Assembly: GCA_050696075.1 (NCBI GenBank)
Contig: JBOGUF010000138.1
Location: 13,684 to 77,683 of the forward strand
Length of the DNA stretch: 64,000 bases
Direction: 5' to 3'
From: Thermomicrobiales bacterium
GTDB lineage: Bacteria; Chloroflexota; Chloroflexia; Thermomicrobiales; UBA6265
Both the position numbers and the translations under genes were made by a program. The notes under the pieces were generated by a model that was given only the letters and a program-made list of their open reading frames with translations, made no database searches and had not been told where the DNA came from. Positions 9,670-21,048 of this stretch are shown piece by piece (the stretch's first letter is position 1; each line of letters starts with the position of its first letter).

Positions 9670-10526
9670 CAGTCGTCGGCGGCGCGGCCGGCGTAAGGCT
9701 CGGCCAGTCGAATCGGGTCGGAGGATGACCGGCGAACATTGATGTCGCCGAAGGGGGCTGCCTGGTCGGCGTCGACGATGCGCCGCCGGATGAGGATCAA
9801 CAGGGCGAGAAATGCGGTCAAGAGCTCGTGGCGGTCGGTGCAAACACTGGACATGGTGGAGAAGCGCGTCGCGCCACGGTGCGGCACGAGCGACATAACG
9901 CGCTCGATCATCTCTCGGAGCGAGACGAGGCGAGCCACCGGCAGCGCGCTTCGTGGGTTCGGCAGGACCGAAAGTCGGCGCTTGATCGCCCGTGCCAGCA
10001 GTCCAGGCTCGTGGTGCGCCAAACGGGGCGCCGACGCCTCCGGGCGCGCAATTCCACCGTCGGATCGGCCAAAGGCGTGCTCGCCGGCGGCGACGCGCTG
10101 AGCGAGGTGGCTCGCGGCTTCCTTCACGGAACGATACTCGATCAACTGATGGACGAGATCGGCGCCGATCTCGTCGTCGCTCTCCGCGGTGGGGCGCGGA
10201 AGCAGGGAGCGCGACTTCAGCAGGACCAGCCGCGAACCGACGGCGGTGAATTCCGCGACGACCTGGGGCGGCGCGGCGCCGAGGCCAACAACGTGGTCCA
10301 AAAACTGGTCGGTCACCGCGACCAGGGAGACATCGGTGATCGCGAGCTGGCTCCGCTCGATAAGCCGCAAAAGCACGTCGAGTGGCCCCTCGAAGATCGG
10401 GAGGCGGAGCTGATAGTTCTCGAGGTTGACAGGAACGGCAAGCAGAGCAGTCACGGCAGGGGAAGTGTACGGCAAACGGGTCCGATTGTGTACGGACATA
10501 TCACGATCACGGTGTCCGCTCGTCAC
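9669..10526 (-). CDS. scpA: Segregation and condensation protein A
   Basis: FEGPLDVLLRLIERSQLAITDVSLVAVTDQF is typical of the kleisin ScpA. The start is either GTG 10526 or ATG 10499. Confidence 0.85.
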   Translation of the reverse strand: MTSGHRDRDMSVHNRTRLPYTSPAVTALLAVPVNLENYQLRLPIFEGPLDVLLRLIERSQLAITDVSLVAVTDQFLDHVVGLGAAPPQVVAEFTAVGSRLVLLKSRSLLPRPTAESDDEIGADLVHQLIEYRSVKEAASHLAQRVAAGEHAFGRSDGGIARPEASAPRLAHHEPGLLARAIKRRLSVLPNPRSALPVARLVSLREMIERVMSLVPHRGATRFSTMSSVCTDRHELLTAFLALLILIRRRIVDADQAAPFGDINVRRSSSDPIRLAEPYAGRAADD

Positions 10527-11049
10527 AGGCGATCAGGATCGCCAAGGCATCGTCGTGCGGCGGTGGTTGAGCCTCGTGCCGCGCAATGAGCCAGCATGTC
10601 CGAGGCGAACAGCCCAGCCGGGCGGCCTCTTCCGCGCCGAGTTGGGGATGATGGACGGCCAGCGCCAGTCCAAGGCGCCAGCGAGGCGCCGGAAGTGTCG
10701 CCAAACGCTCCAGGAGTGACGGGGCGAGGCGGCCGAGCAGCACGCGCGCTACGCGATGAACGAGCCGCACCTGCCCATGCGGTGATCGCTTGCCGAGGTC
10801 GTGGAGGAGGGCGGCCTGTAAGAGGTCCATGTCCGCTACCCCGACACGACGCAATGCGTCGAAGTCGCGGCAAAGGTGGCGCCGGTCGAACTCCGGCAGG
10901 GATGAGAAGGCGGCGACCTGCCGTGGGGACAGCCTGGCGGCGTGAATCGCGGCTTGCTCGTCGACCGGGGCGGAACGAAGCGCCGCATGTCCTTGGCGGA
11001 GGCGATGAAGCGCGATCGAGACCGCGTTAGGCAGGGATACCGTCGCCAT
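10507..11049 (-). CDS. HD domain-containing protein
   Basis: LLHDLGK HD motif. The ATG at 11049 lies 2 nt after the stop of the upstream M50 gene; the longer ORF to 11199 overlaps that gene. Confidence 0.65.
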   Translation of the reverse strand: MATVSLPNAVSIALHRLRQGHAALRSAPVDEQAAIHAARLSPRQVAAFSSLPEFDRRHLCRDFDALRRVGVADMDLLQAALLHDLGKRSPHGQVRLVHRVARVLLGRLAPSLLERLATLPAPRWRLGLALAVHHPQLGAEEAARLGCSPRTCWLIARHEAQPPPHDDALAILIACDERTP

Positions 11050-11051
11050 GT

Positions 11052-11819
11052 CTAGAGCAACAGCCTGATCAGCAGGTCCCGCACTGGAGAGATCATGGCG
11101 GACGTGATCCCTTCGCCTCCGATCCGGCCACTGATGAAAAAGAGGACGAAGAGGATGATAAAGCCGTAGCGCTCCATCGGCGCCAGAATGGGATACCAAA
11201 AGTTGGGGAGCAGGCCAGTCAAGATCTTATGACCGTCAAGGGGCGGTATCGGGATCATGTTGAACGCGGCCAGCAGGATGTTGACCCAAAGGAACCACTC
11301 CATGTAGTACCCGAGCTCGCCGAGGTCCGTGCCATTGTTGCGGGCGATGCGTAAGGGGATCGCAACGGCGGCCGCCTGTACGACGTTCGAGAGCGGGCCC
11401 GCCACGGCGACGAGGGCCATCGCGCGCTGGCGCTGGAGGATGCCGGGGCCGCTGAGGCGATTCGGGTTGACCGGAACGGGCTTGCCCCAGCCGATGAAGC
11501 TGTAGCCAAGCGAGATCATCACCATGCCGAAGAACCCGAAAGGTTCGAAGTGCATGAGCGGATTGAGCGTGATCCGGCCAAGATCGCGCGCCGTCGAGTC
11601 GCCCAAGCGCCAGGCGGTGTAAGCGTGCATGAACTCGTGGATCGTGGTGGCAATGATGAACGAGCCGAGGACGGCGAAGATCTGCCGCGGTTCGGGCAGG
11701 GAACGACCGCCCACCACCTGAGTCACCAGGACGAGGAGAAGGATCAGGTAGAGCCCGGAGTTTGGGTCTCCCCGATTGATAAAAGAGAGGCGGTGATCGC
11801 CGGCTCCGAACGGTCGCAC
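11052..11819 (-). CDS. M50 site-2 protease family protein (no CBS/PDZ)
   Basis: HEFMHAY zinc motif, NMIPIPPLDGHK motif, and a polytopic membrane profile. Confidence 0.8.
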   Translation of the reverse strand: MRPFGAGDHRLSFINRGDPNSGLYLILLLVLVTQVVGGRSLPEPRQIFAVLGSFIIATTIHEFMHAYTAWRLGDSTARDLGRITLNPLMHFEPFGFFGMVMISLGYSFIGWGKPVPVNPNRLSGPGILQRQRAMALVAVAGPLSNVVQAAAVAIPLRIARNNGTDLGELGYYMEWFLWVNILLAAFNMIPIPPLDGHKILTGLLPNFWYPILAPMERYGFIILFVLFFISGRIGGEGITSAMISPVRDLLIRLLL

Positions 11820-11828
11820 GACCGCGCG

Positions 11829-12878
11829 CTACGCCCCCGATCCCGGATACAAGTGGCACGCGACAAAATGCCCGTTGCCCTGGTCTGAAAAGATCGGGTC
11901 AACCTGCTTGCAGACCTCCATAGAGTAGGGGCAGCGCGTGTGGAAGTGACACCCGGACGGCGGATTGATCGGGCTCGGCACGTCGCCGCTGAGGATGATT
12001 CGCTCGCGCCGCTTCTCGATGACCGGGTCCGGGATGGGCACGGCCGAGAGGAGCGCCTTCGTGTAGGGGTGGAGCGGTTCCTCGTACAGTTCGGTGCGTT
12101 CTGCCATCTCGACGATTTTGCCGAGATACATCACGGCGACGCGGTTGGAGATGTGCTTGACCACCGAGAGATCGTGCGCGATAAAGAGGTAGGTAAGCCC
12201 GAACTGATTTTGCAGATCTTCCATCAGGTTGACGATTTGGGCTTGGATTGAGACGTCGAGCGCGGAGACCGGCTCATCAGCGACGATGAAGTCCGGATTG
12301 GCCGCGAGCGCGCGGGCGATGCCGATGCGCTGCCGCTGACCGCCGGAGAACTCGTGCGGATACCGGTTGGCAAAGTAGGGGTTGAGGCCGACGGTCTCCA
12401 GGAGTTCTTGCACACGCTGGGTGCGTTCATTCTTGGCCACCAGGTGGTGGATTTGCATCGGCTCGGAGATGATGTTGCCGACCGTCATGCGGGGATTAAG
12501 CGAAGCGTAGGGATCTTGGAAGATCATCTGGAGGTGGCGGCGCATGCGGCGCATGTCGCCTCCGTCGAGTTTCGTCAGGTCCTTGCCTTGAAAGACGACC
12601 TCGCCTGCAGTTGGCTTGTAGAGTTGGAGAATGGCGCGTCCTGTCGTTGACTTGCCGCAGCCGGACTCGCCCACGAGGCCAAGCGTTTCGCCGCGCTTGA
12701 CTTCAAAGGAGACACCGTCCACAGCCTGCACGGCCCCGACTTTGCGCTGGAAGATGATCCCCTGGGTCAGAGGGAAGTGCATAACGAGGTCTTTGACGGT
12801 CAGCAGCGGTTCGCTGCCGTTCTGACCGGCCGACGAGGTCGGCACTTGTTGAGTCCGGCGATCGACGTCAACGGCCAT
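11829..12878 (-). CDS. Peptide/nickel ABC transporter ATP-binding protein (OppF/DppF-like)
   Basis: Walker [10 protein letters not shown], signature FSGGQRQR, Walker B FIVADEP, and the C-terminal oligopeptide-type extension with Cys motif. Confidence 0.9.
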   Translation of the reverse strand: MAVDVDRRTQQVPTSSAGQNGSEPLLTVKDLVMHFPLTQGIIFQRKVGAVQAVDGVSFEVKRGETLGLVGESGCGKSTTGRAILQLYKPTAGEVVFQGKDLTKLDGGDMRRMRRHLQMIFQDPYASLNPRMTVGNIISEPMQIHHLVAKNERTQRVQELLETVGLNPYFANRYPHEFSGGQRQRIGIARALAANPDFIVADEPVSALDVSIQAQIVNLMEDLQNQFGLTYLFIAHDLSVVKHISNRVAVMYLGKIVEMAERTELYEEPLHPYTKALLSAVPIPDPVIEKRRERIILSGDVPSPINPPSGCHFHTRCPYSMEVCKQVDPIFSDQGNGHFVACHLYPGSGA

Positions 12879-13949
<1,071 letters not shown>

Positions 13950-14172
13950 CGTCGCTCCTCTCGAACTCTCCCCGTCCACGGCGCTCGGACCCGGCTGAAG
14001 TAGGCCGGCCAGCGAACATCCGTATCACCCGTCCTCGCGCCGCCGCGCAACACCTGAATCCACGAAATCTTGGTTGCGGCGGCAGCATAGCATACGGCGT
14101 GAAACAGGCACAACAGGCGATTGAACCGGGCTTACAAGGCGGTGATTCGAGTAGGGGTCAGAATGGGCGGGG

Positions 14173-14625
14173 TCACCCTGACGGCGAATAGTCGCCGAAC
14201 CAGATCACGTCGGGCAGATGTTCGATCCGACGGTAGAGGCGACGGTCGGCAGTGACAAACGGAACCTCGAAGCTGCTTGCGAGGGCAACGTACAAGCTAT
14301 CGTAGAACGCACAGCCGTACTGATGACGATATGGAGGGCGGCAATGAGGTAATCGCGACTGCTGTAAACCTCGAGCGGCAGACTGAGCAATCTGACAACC
14401 GCGGCCTCGGCGTTTGTCGAGTCGAGCCGTGGGTTTCGGCCACGGCTCGCGTTCGTTATCGCGGATCCGACTTCGGACCAGATCACATCTGGGGCCATCA
14501 AAGCGACATCGCCCAGGAGTGCGTGAATCAATAGCACATTCGCTTGTTCGAGATCGTCCTCATCTGGAAGGTGCCACTTGGCGACGACCGATGCGTCGAC
14601 GACGAGGCGCCGACCAAGATGCGTA
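14173..14625 (-). pseudogene. vapC: PIN-domain VapC toxin, frameshifted
   Basis: The N-terminal half LVVDASVVAKWHLPDE... is in the frame of ORF 14205..14720. The canonical C-terminal half YGCAFYDSLYVALASSFEVPFVTADRRLYRRIEHLPDVIW is in a different frame starting near 14319 and ending with a TGA at 14173-14175. I found no ATG/GTG/TTG start in frame in the ~80 nt immediately upstream of the PIN core. Confidence 0.6.
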
Positions 14626-14988
14626 GCGATCTTCCCGCTCCTCTCGTACCTCCCGAATGAGGTCGGCCGTCGTCCGCGGCGCGATCGACCAGCCCTTTTG
14701 GGCATCGAGGATCTCTGCAAGGAGTTTCTTTTGACGGATCTGTTCCTCGGGCGTCCATTCTACGCGGTAAATTGGCTCAATGGTGGCCTCTCGCGCCGGT
14801 CGCTCCATTCTCGCTGGCGCGACCATTGCCGCTAAGTCGTCGCGTCGTATCCTAATTTTGCGCGTGCCGACGCGAAACGCGGGCAGACGCTTCGCATTGA
14901 TCCACCGCCAAACGGTTGATGGGCTGACGCCGAGCGCTCGCGCGGCCTCGGACACGCTATAATCGTCTCGATCCAACGACATTGCCAT
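14560..14988 (-). CDS. Excisionase/MerR-type HTH protein, probable VapB-like antitoxin
   Basis: YSVSEAARALGVSPSTVWRWINAKRLPAFRVG HTH, directly upstream of and overlapping the PIN gene. The C-terminal tail overlapping vapC may be aberrant. Confidence 0.6.
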   Translation of the reverse strand: MAMSLDRDDYSVSEAARALGVSPSTVWRWINAKRLPAFRVGTRKIRIRRDDLAAMVAPARMERPAREATIEPIYRVEWTPEEQIRQKKLLAEILDAQKGWSIAPRTTADLIREVREEREDRYASWSAPRRRRIGRRQVAPSR

Positions 14989-15156
14989 AGAATGCGCTCC
15001 CCGTTACATGCCCATTGCACTTCATATCATTTCATTCATTGCATTCATCGTCAACCGAGTTTGGCCACGATAGGCAGGTCGCAGTCTGTTAGGGCAATTG
15101 CTCGCTTACGCCGGGTGCCGTATAAACGGCACATCTGTTCGACTGATCCGGATTGG

Positions 15157-16299
15157 ATGAGCGGCGGGGGAAAACGGTTGATGGACGTGGTGGCGCGGGA
15201 CGAGACGCGCGAAGAAGCAACGCGTGCGGATCGATCGTATTGGGTTGGCTTCAGTCGCACGCCGTACATCGGTCCGACGCGGATTCGACGGCTCCTCGAT
15301 CACTTTGGCGATTTGGGGAGGGCTTGGAACGCGGACGAGCGTGAGCTGCGCCGCGTGCTCGACGAGCGGTCAGCGGAGAGCGTGATCGAGACCAGACGCA
15401 CGCTTGCGCTCGACCACGAAATGGAGCGCATAAACCGCCTTGGCATCGCCGTCCTCACGCTCGTCGACGACGACTACCCGCGTCTCCTGCGCGAGATTCC
15501 GGCGCCGCCGCCCGTTCTCTATCTTCGCGGAAATCTGAAGTCGGAGGATGTCACCGCGATTGCCATCGTTGGCACGCGACGCTCGACGTCGTATGGGCGA
15601 GAGGTCGCGGCGCGTATCGCCGGCGAATTAGCGGCGGAGGGAGTGACGGTCGTGTCGGGTTTGGCCCGCGGGATCGACGGCGTCGCCCACAAGGCGGCGC
15701 TCGACGCCGGCGGCCGGACGATCGCGGTGATGGGGAGCGGCGTGAACGTCGTTTATCCGCCGGAGCATCGCCAACTGGCGGAGCGGATTCTCGAACAAGG
15801 GGCACTCGTGTCGGATTACCCACTGGACCGGGCGCCGGACGCGGTCAACTTTCCAGCGCGCAACAGGATCATCTCCGGCATGACGCTGGGGACGATCGTG
15901 ATCGAGGCGCCCGCGCGGAGCGGCGCGCTGATCACGACCGACTTCGCCGCCGACCAAGGACGCGAGGTCTTTGTCGTGCCGGGCAGCGTCCTGTCCGCCG
16001 CAAGTGCCGGCTGCCATCGACTGCTCCGCGACGGCGCCCGTCCGGTCACCTGCGCGGCTGACGTTCTCGAAGACTTGAACATCAACCATCGGCGGGAACA
16101 GGCCGCGGTCCAGCAGGCGCTGCCGCTTGACGAGGATGAGCGGCGGGTCTTGGCGCTCCTGTCCGGCGATCCGCAACACATCGACGAACTCGCTGCCGCG
16201 GCGAATCTCCCGACTCCGCGGTGCGGCGCGCTGATGCTGACCATGGAGCTCAAAGGATTGGTCCGCAACCAGGGCGCTCAACACTATGTGCGCGGCTGA
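15157..16299 (+). CDS. dprA: DNA-processing protein DprA
   Basis: GLARGIDGVAHKAALDAGGRTIAVMGSGVNVVYPPEH Rossmann core plus a C-terminal wH. The start is ATG 15157 or 15181. Confidence 0.85.
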   Translation: MSGGGKRLMDVVARDETREEATRADRSYWVGFSRTPYIGPTRIRRLLDHFGDLGRAWNADERELRRVLDERSAESVIETRRTLALDHEMERINRLGIAVLTLVDDDYPRLLREIPAPPPVLYLRGNLKSEDVTAIAIVGTRRSTSYGREVAARIAGELAAEGVTVVSGLARGIDGVAHKAALDAGGRTIAVMGSGVNVVYPPEHRQLAERILEQGALVSDYPLDRAPDAVNFPARNRIISGMTLGTIVIEAPARSGALITTDFAADQGREVFVVPGSVLSAASAGCHRLLRDGARPVTCAADVLEDLNINHRREQAAVQQALPLDEDERRVLALLSGDPQHIDELAAAANLPTPRCGALMLTMELKGLVRNQGAQHYVRG

Positions 16300-16314
16300 T
16301 TCGCCGACCAACGC

Positions 16315-16343
16315 TTGACACTGGCTGCCTCGCTAGCTATCGT
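16315..16343 (+). promoter_or_regulatory. Candidate sigma-70 promoter upstream of topA
   Basis: TTGACA (16315-16320), 17-nt spacer, TATCGT (16338-16343). Confidence 0.35.
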
Positions 16344-16456
16344 TGCGGGGCTGAAAGGTAAGGAACGCCCCGCGAATCTCTCTCCTCCTTTGCAGTAGAA
16401 CTACGGAATCGTCGTCGTTGGCCACCGCGCCCGAGGGCGCCATAAGTAGAATCAGC

Positions 16457-18676
16457 ATGCCTAAAAACACGACACGAACTCGTCGGTCGAAGACCGACAG
16501 GACAATGGAAAGCAATGGCGCGGCTATGTCGGTGAACGGCCGGCGTCTCGTCATCGTCGAATCTCCCGCCAAAGCGAGGACCATCGGCCGCTACCTCGGC
16601 CGCGAATACGTCGTGCGGGCCTCGATGGGGCACGTCCGCGACTTGCCGAAGAGTTCGCTCGGCGTTGAGGTCGAGGACGACTTTGCGCCGACCTACTTGA
16701 TCCCACGCGACAAGGTCAAGGTCGTCAAGGAACTCAAGGCGAGCGTGCAGGATGCCCAGGAGATCATCCTGGCGACCGACCCCGACCGTGAAGGCGAGGC
16801 GATTGCTTGGCACTTGATCCAGGCTACGAATGCCAACCGGAAGCCGATTCGGCGGGTTGTGTTTCACGAGATCACGCCCGAGGCCGTGCATCAGGCGATG
16901 CAGCACCCGCGCGACATCGATATGGATCTGGTCGATGCCCAGCAAGCGCGGCGCGTGCTCGACCGTCTCGTCGGATATGGTGTCAGCCCGTTGCTGTGGA
17001 AGAAGGTCAAGCGCGGGCTGTCGGCCGGCCGCGTCCAGACGGCGGCTCTGCGCATGGTCGTCGACCGCGAGCGCGCGATACAGGCGTTTGTGCCGGAGGA
17101 GTACTGGTCGCTCGACGCCGATCTGGCGAAGCGGCTCGCAGAGGGCACACGCAAGCCCGAAACGTTCCGGGCAGGGCTTTTCCGCATCGCCGGCAAGAAA
17201 GCCGCGCTCAAGACCGAAGCCGAGACGAACGAAGTCATTGCCGGCTTGGAAGGCGCGGCCTATCGCGTCGGCGCGGTGACGAGCCGCGAGACGCAGCGCC
17301 GACCGTCCGCGCCATTTACGACCAGCACGCTCCAACAGGAGGCCTCGCGTAAGCTCGGCTATCCGGTGCGCCGAACCATGCAGATCGCGCAAGAGCTCTA
17401 CGAAGGCGTCGATCTTGGGGCGGCCGGCAGCCAGGGCTTGATTACCTATATGCGGACCGACTCGACGAATGTCTCCGGATCGGCCCAGCAGGCGGCGCGA
17501 GCGGTCATCAGCGTCAAGTTCGGGCCCGAGTACGTGCCGAGTCGAGCGCCGGTCTACGCGCGCAAGGCGAAAAACGCGCAAGAGGCGCACGAGGCGATCC
17601 GCCCCACCGCGCCGCGCCGCGATCCGCAAAGTGTCAAGTCGTTCCTCTCGTCGCAGCAGTTCCGGCTCTACCAGCTCATTTGGCAGCGGTTCATCGCCAG
17701 CCAGATGGCGCCGGCGATTCTCGACGGCACGACGGTCGACGTCCACGCCGGCAAGCCAGCCGATCCGCGTGAAGGGCAGGAGCCGCCCTATGTCTTCCGC
17801 GCGACGGGGTCGGTCGTGCGCTTCCCTGGTTTCCTCGCCGTCTATCGAGCGGGCAAGGACGAAGGCGAGACGGATGAGCTCGATCAGTCGGCATTGCCGG
17901 CGCTGACAGCGGGCGAAGAGTTGGATCTACTCAAACTCATCCCCGAGCAGCACTTCACCCAGCCGTCGCCGCGCTACACTGAAGCGACGCTGGTCAAGGC
18001 GCTGGAGGAACAGGGGATCGGGCGGCCGAGCACCTACGCACCGACGATTGCCACGCTTCAGGCCCGGTCGTACGTGACCGTGGAACAGCGCAAGTTGAGC
18101 GCGACCGAACTCGGCATCGTCGTCAGCGACTTGTTGGTCGAGCACTTCCCGCGCATTTTCGACGTGGGCTTCACGTCGTCGCTCGAAGACGAGTTGGACG
18201 AAATCGCCGCCGGCGATCGGGCGTGGGTGCCGACGATGCGCGAGTTCTACGGTCCCTTTACCGAAACGCTGAAGCAGGCCGAGCGGTCGATGGAGCGCGT
18301 CCAACTGAAGGGCGAACCGTCGGACGAGACCTGCGAGAAGTGTGGCCGACCGATGGTGATCAAGCTCGGCAAGTTCGGCAAGTTCCTGGCGTGCAGCGGC
18401 TTCCCCGAGTGCCGGAACTCCCGTCCGCTCCAGGAGCGGATCGGGGTGAAGTGCCCCACTTGTAAGCAGGGGGAGGTCGTCGAAAAGCGCTCGCGGCGCG
18501 GTCGCACCTTTTACGGCTGTGACCGGTATCCGGACTGCGACTTCGTCTCCTGGAACAAGCCGGTCGATGCGACATGTCCGCGGTGCGGTTCCTTCATGGT
18601 CCAGGCCGGGCGCAAGGGGCAGATTCGCTGCCCGAAGTGCGCGCACGACGGCAAGGCGCTGGCAAAGGCCGGCTAG
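16457..18676 (+). CDS. topA: DNA topoisomerase I with C-terminal C4 zinc ribbons
   Basis: TOPRIM motif LVIVESPAKA, active-site region GLITYMRTDS, and three CxxC...CxxC zinc ribbons at the C-terminus. The start is uncertain (16418-16526). Confidence 0.9.
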   Translation: MPKNTTRTRRSKTDRTMESNGAAMSVNGRRLVIVESPAKARTIGRYLGREYVVRASMGHVRDLPKSSLGVEVEDDFAPTYLIPRDKVKVVKELKASVQDAQEIILATDPDREGEAIAWHLIQATNANRKPIRRVVFHEITPEAVHQAMQHPRDIDMDLVDAQQARRVLDRLVGYGVSPLLWKKVKRGLSAGRVQTAALRMVVDRERAIQAFVPEEYWSLDADLAKRLAEGTRKPETFRAGLFRIAGKKAALKTEAETNEVIAGLEGAAYRVGAVTSRETQRRPSAPFTTSTLQQEASRKLGYPVRRTMQIAQELYEGVDLGAAGSQGLITYMRTDSTNVSGSAQQAARAVISVKFGPEYVPSRAPVYARKAKNAQEAHEAIRPTAPRRDPQSVKSFLSSQQFRLYQLIWQRFIASQMAPAILDGTTVDVHAGKPADPREGQEPPYVFRATGSVVRFPGFLAVYRAGKDEGETDELDQSALPALTAGEELDLLKLIPEQHFTQPSPRYTEATLVKALEEQGIGRPSTYAPTIATLQARSYVTVEQRKLSATELGIVVSDLLVEHFPRIFDVGFTSSLEDELDEIAAGDRAWVPTMREFYGPFTETLKQAERSMERVQLKGEPSDETCEKCGRPMVIKLGKFGKFLACSGFPECRNSRPLQERIGVKCPTCKQGEVVEKRSRRGRTFYGCDRYPDCDFVSWNKPVDATCPRCGSFMVQAGRKGQIRCPKCAHDGKALAKAG

Positions 18677-18709
18677 GATCGCGGCGACGGGGTCAATCGG
18701 GTACAATTC

Positions 18710-19516
18710 TTGATCGGGCGCCGCGCGGCGCCCGATCTTTTCGGCTGGTCGGCCGTGATGCTGGCCGCCATACGACGGACCCCCGAACCAATGACCTCCT
18801 CCTCTACTCCCGACCGATCGCGGCGCCTACGGGCGACGACGATTCTTGGCGTCAGACGCGATCGAGCAGTGTCGCTGGCTGGCGACGGGCAGATCACGCT
18901 TGGCGACGTCGTGCTCAAGCATGGGGCGCGCAAGATTCGAACGCTCTACGACGGTCAAATCCTGGCCGGATTCGCCGGCGCCGTCGCCGACGCCTTGACA
19001 CTCTTTGGCAAGTTCGAAACGCAGCTCAAGGCATGGGACGGCAACCTACGACGGGCCAGCGTCGAACTGGCCAAGGAGTGGCGCACCGATCGCTACCTGC
19101 GCCGGCTTGAGGCACAGTTGATCGTGGCCGACCCCGAGACGCTGCTCGTTCTTTCCGGAGAAGGCGATGTCATCGAGCCGGATGACGGAATCGTGGCGAT
19201 TGGCTCGGGCGCGCCCTATGCGACCGCGGCGGCAAAGGCGCTCCTTATTCACACCGATCTCGATTCGCGTGCGATCGTCGAAGGCGCGATGCGGATTGCC
19301 GCCAATCTCTGTATTTATACCAACGACCAGTTCACGATCGAGAGCGTACAGGCTGAGGAGGAGACGGGGACGCCAGCCGGCGAGCCAGTTCCGTCGCTGT
19401 TGTCGCTGACCGACACGCCGACGCCACCGGTCGACGACGATGACGAGGACGATGAGGAGCTGGAGGACGCGGCCGTCGGGGAACGGAACCCCGCACCAGA
19501 GGACGATGACGCCTAA
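18710..19516 (+). CDS. hslV: ATP-dependent protease subunit HslV (CodW-like) with N-terminal extension and acidic C-terminal tail
   Basis: [10 protein letters not shown]...GDGQITLG...[13 protein letters not shown]...GSGAPYA core. About 55 extra Asp/Glu/Pro-rich residues follow ...[12 protein letters not shown]. The start is uncertain. Confidence 0.85.
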   Translation: MIGRRAAPDLFGWSAVMLAAIRRTPEPMTSSSTPDRSRRLRATTILGVRRDRAVSLAGDGQITLGDVVLKHGARKIRTLYDGQILAGFAGAVADALTLFGKFETQLKAWDGNLRRASVELAKEWRTDRYLRRLEAQLIVADPETLLVLSGEGDVIEPDDGIVAIGSGAPYATAAAKALLIHTDLDSRAIVEGAMRIAANLCIYTNDQFTIESVQAEEETGTPAGEPVPSLLSLTDTPTPPVDDDDEDDEELEDAAVGERNPAPEDDDA

Positions 19517-19611
19517 GAGGAGGGCAGGACAGAATGGTTGAGGCTGCCCGCAAGCCGGCACAGACCGGCACGACGAATCGGCAGGGCTCCGACCGGGCCG
19601 ACGGCACGGCC

Positions 19612-21027
19612 ATGGAGAATCTTACGCCCGCGGCGATGGTCGCGGAGCTCGACAAGTACATCATCGGGCAGCAGGACGCGAAACGGGCCGTTTCGGTCGC
19701 GTTGCGGAATCGCTACCGGCGGCAGCGGCTGCCGGACGAGATGCGGCACGAGGTGCAACCGAAGAACATCCTCATGATCGGCCCCACCGGCGTCGGCAAG
19801 ACCGAAATCGCGCGTCGCGTGGCGCGCATCGTCGAGGCGCCGTTCATCAAGGTCGAGGCGACGAAGTTTACCGAGGTCGGCTACGTCGGGCGCGATGTCG
19901 AGTCGATTATCCGCGACCTCGTCGAGATCGCGATCAGCATGCTCCACGGTCAGCGTCTCGAGCAGGTGAAGGAGCAGGCGACGCAGGCGGCGATTCAGCG
20001 GTTGGCCGAGATCCTCGCCGAGCAGATCTTGGAGAAAAAGCCGACGAAGAACGGTCGGCGGACGGCCGCCGAACAAGGCACGCCGGACGATTCGGAGGCG
20101 CTTCACCGGCAGGAAGCCGCCACGAAGCGCCGCATGCAACGCGAGCGCAAGCGCCTGCTGCAGTTGCTCGACCAACAGGCGTTAGAGGAAGAGACCGTCG
20201 AGATCGTCATTGAGGCCGATGCGGAGTTCGACGAGTTTAGCTCACTCGACTTCGTGGCCGGCATGACGCCGGAGGACCTTCACGAAACGTTCCAGGACTT
20301 CCTCGAGGGCTTCTTGCCGAAGCGCAACATGCGACGGCGCGTCTCGGTGCGGGAAGCGCGCCGCATCTTGACGCAACAGGAAGCCCATCGTCTGGTCGAC
20401 TTCGACTCGATCATCGACGAAGCGATCCAGCGGGTCGAAGACACGGCCGTCGTCTTCATCGACGAGATCGACAAGACGATCACGAGCAACGGCGACTACG
20501 GCACCGATGTCTCGGGCGAGGGTGTCCAGCGGGACTTGCTGCCCATCGTCGAGGGTTCGGTCGTCATGACACGGTATGGACCAGTCAAGACAGACCACGT
20601 TCTCTTCATTGCCGCGGGCGCGTTCCACAACGCGCGACCGTCCGACCTGATTCCGGAGTTGCAAGGGCGCTTCCCGATTCGCGTCGAGCTGAGCAGTCTC
20701 TCGGAGGAGGACCTCTACGCGATCCTGACCGAGCCGCAGAATGCGCTGACGAAGCAGTATCAGGCGCTCCTGGGAACTGAAGGGCTCGACTTGCGGTTCA
20801 CGGAGGACGGCCAGCGGGAGATGGCGCGGCTGGCCTCGGAAGTCAACGCTCGGACGGAGGACATTGGGGCGCGGCGATTACAGACGATCATCGAGCGGGT
20901 GCTCGAAGAGATCTCGTTCGACGCCCCGAACTACGTAGGGCAGGTCGTGACCATCGACCATGCGTTCGTCGCGGACCGGGTCGGCGAAGTGGCCGCGAAC
21001 GAAGACCTGAGCAACTTCATCCTGTAG
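19612..21027 (+). CDS. hslU: ATP-dependent protease ATPase subunit HslU
   Basis: MENLTPAAMVAELDKYIIGQ, Walker [14 protein letters not shown], Walker B VFIDEIDK, and C-terminal ...DLSNFIL. Confidence 0.9.
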   Translation: MENLTPAAMVAELDKYIIGQQDAKRAVSVALRNRYRRQRLPDEMRHEVQPKNILMIGPTGVGKTEIARRVARIVEAPFIKVEATKFTEVGYVGRDVESIIRDLVEIAISMLHGQRLEQVKEQATQAAIQRLAEILAEQILEKKPTKNGRRTAAEQGTPDDSEALHRQEAATKRRMQRERKRLLQLLDQQALEEETVEIVIEADAEFDEFSSLDFVAGMTPEDLHETFQDFLEGFLPKRNMRRRVSVREARRILTQQEAHRLVDFDSIIDEAIQRVEDTAVVFIDEIDKTITSNGDYGTDVSGEGVQRDLLPIVEGSVVMTRYGPVKTDHVLFIAAGAFHNARPSDLIPELQGRFPIRVELSSLSEEDLYAILTEPQNALTKQYQALLGTEGLDLRFTEDGQREMARLASEVNARTEDIGARRLQTIIERVLEEISFDAPNYVGQVVTIDHAFVADRVGEVAANEDLSNFIL

Positions 21028-21048
21028 CGAGTTCGAGGGAAGCACGCG

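Noticed and set aside
14992-15156. 55-codon N-terminal extension of dprA (MRSPLHAHCTSYHFIHCIH...).
   Set aside because: The segment is AT-richer, His/Cys-rich and not DprA-like. It more likely holds the divergent promoter region shared with the TA locus. ATG 15157/15181 fits the DprA N-terminus.
16337-17746. 469-aa ORF antisense to topA. Similar long antisense ORFs occur at 66..1061, 7949..8857, 19513..20175, 23050..24372, 25378..26643, 26792..27904, 33596..34204 and 41503..42159.
   Set aside because: These are Arg/Pro/Gly/Asp-rich with no motifs, and each lies fully opposite a gene with strong family signatures. Such shadow ORFs are typical of high-GC DNA, where stop codons are rare.
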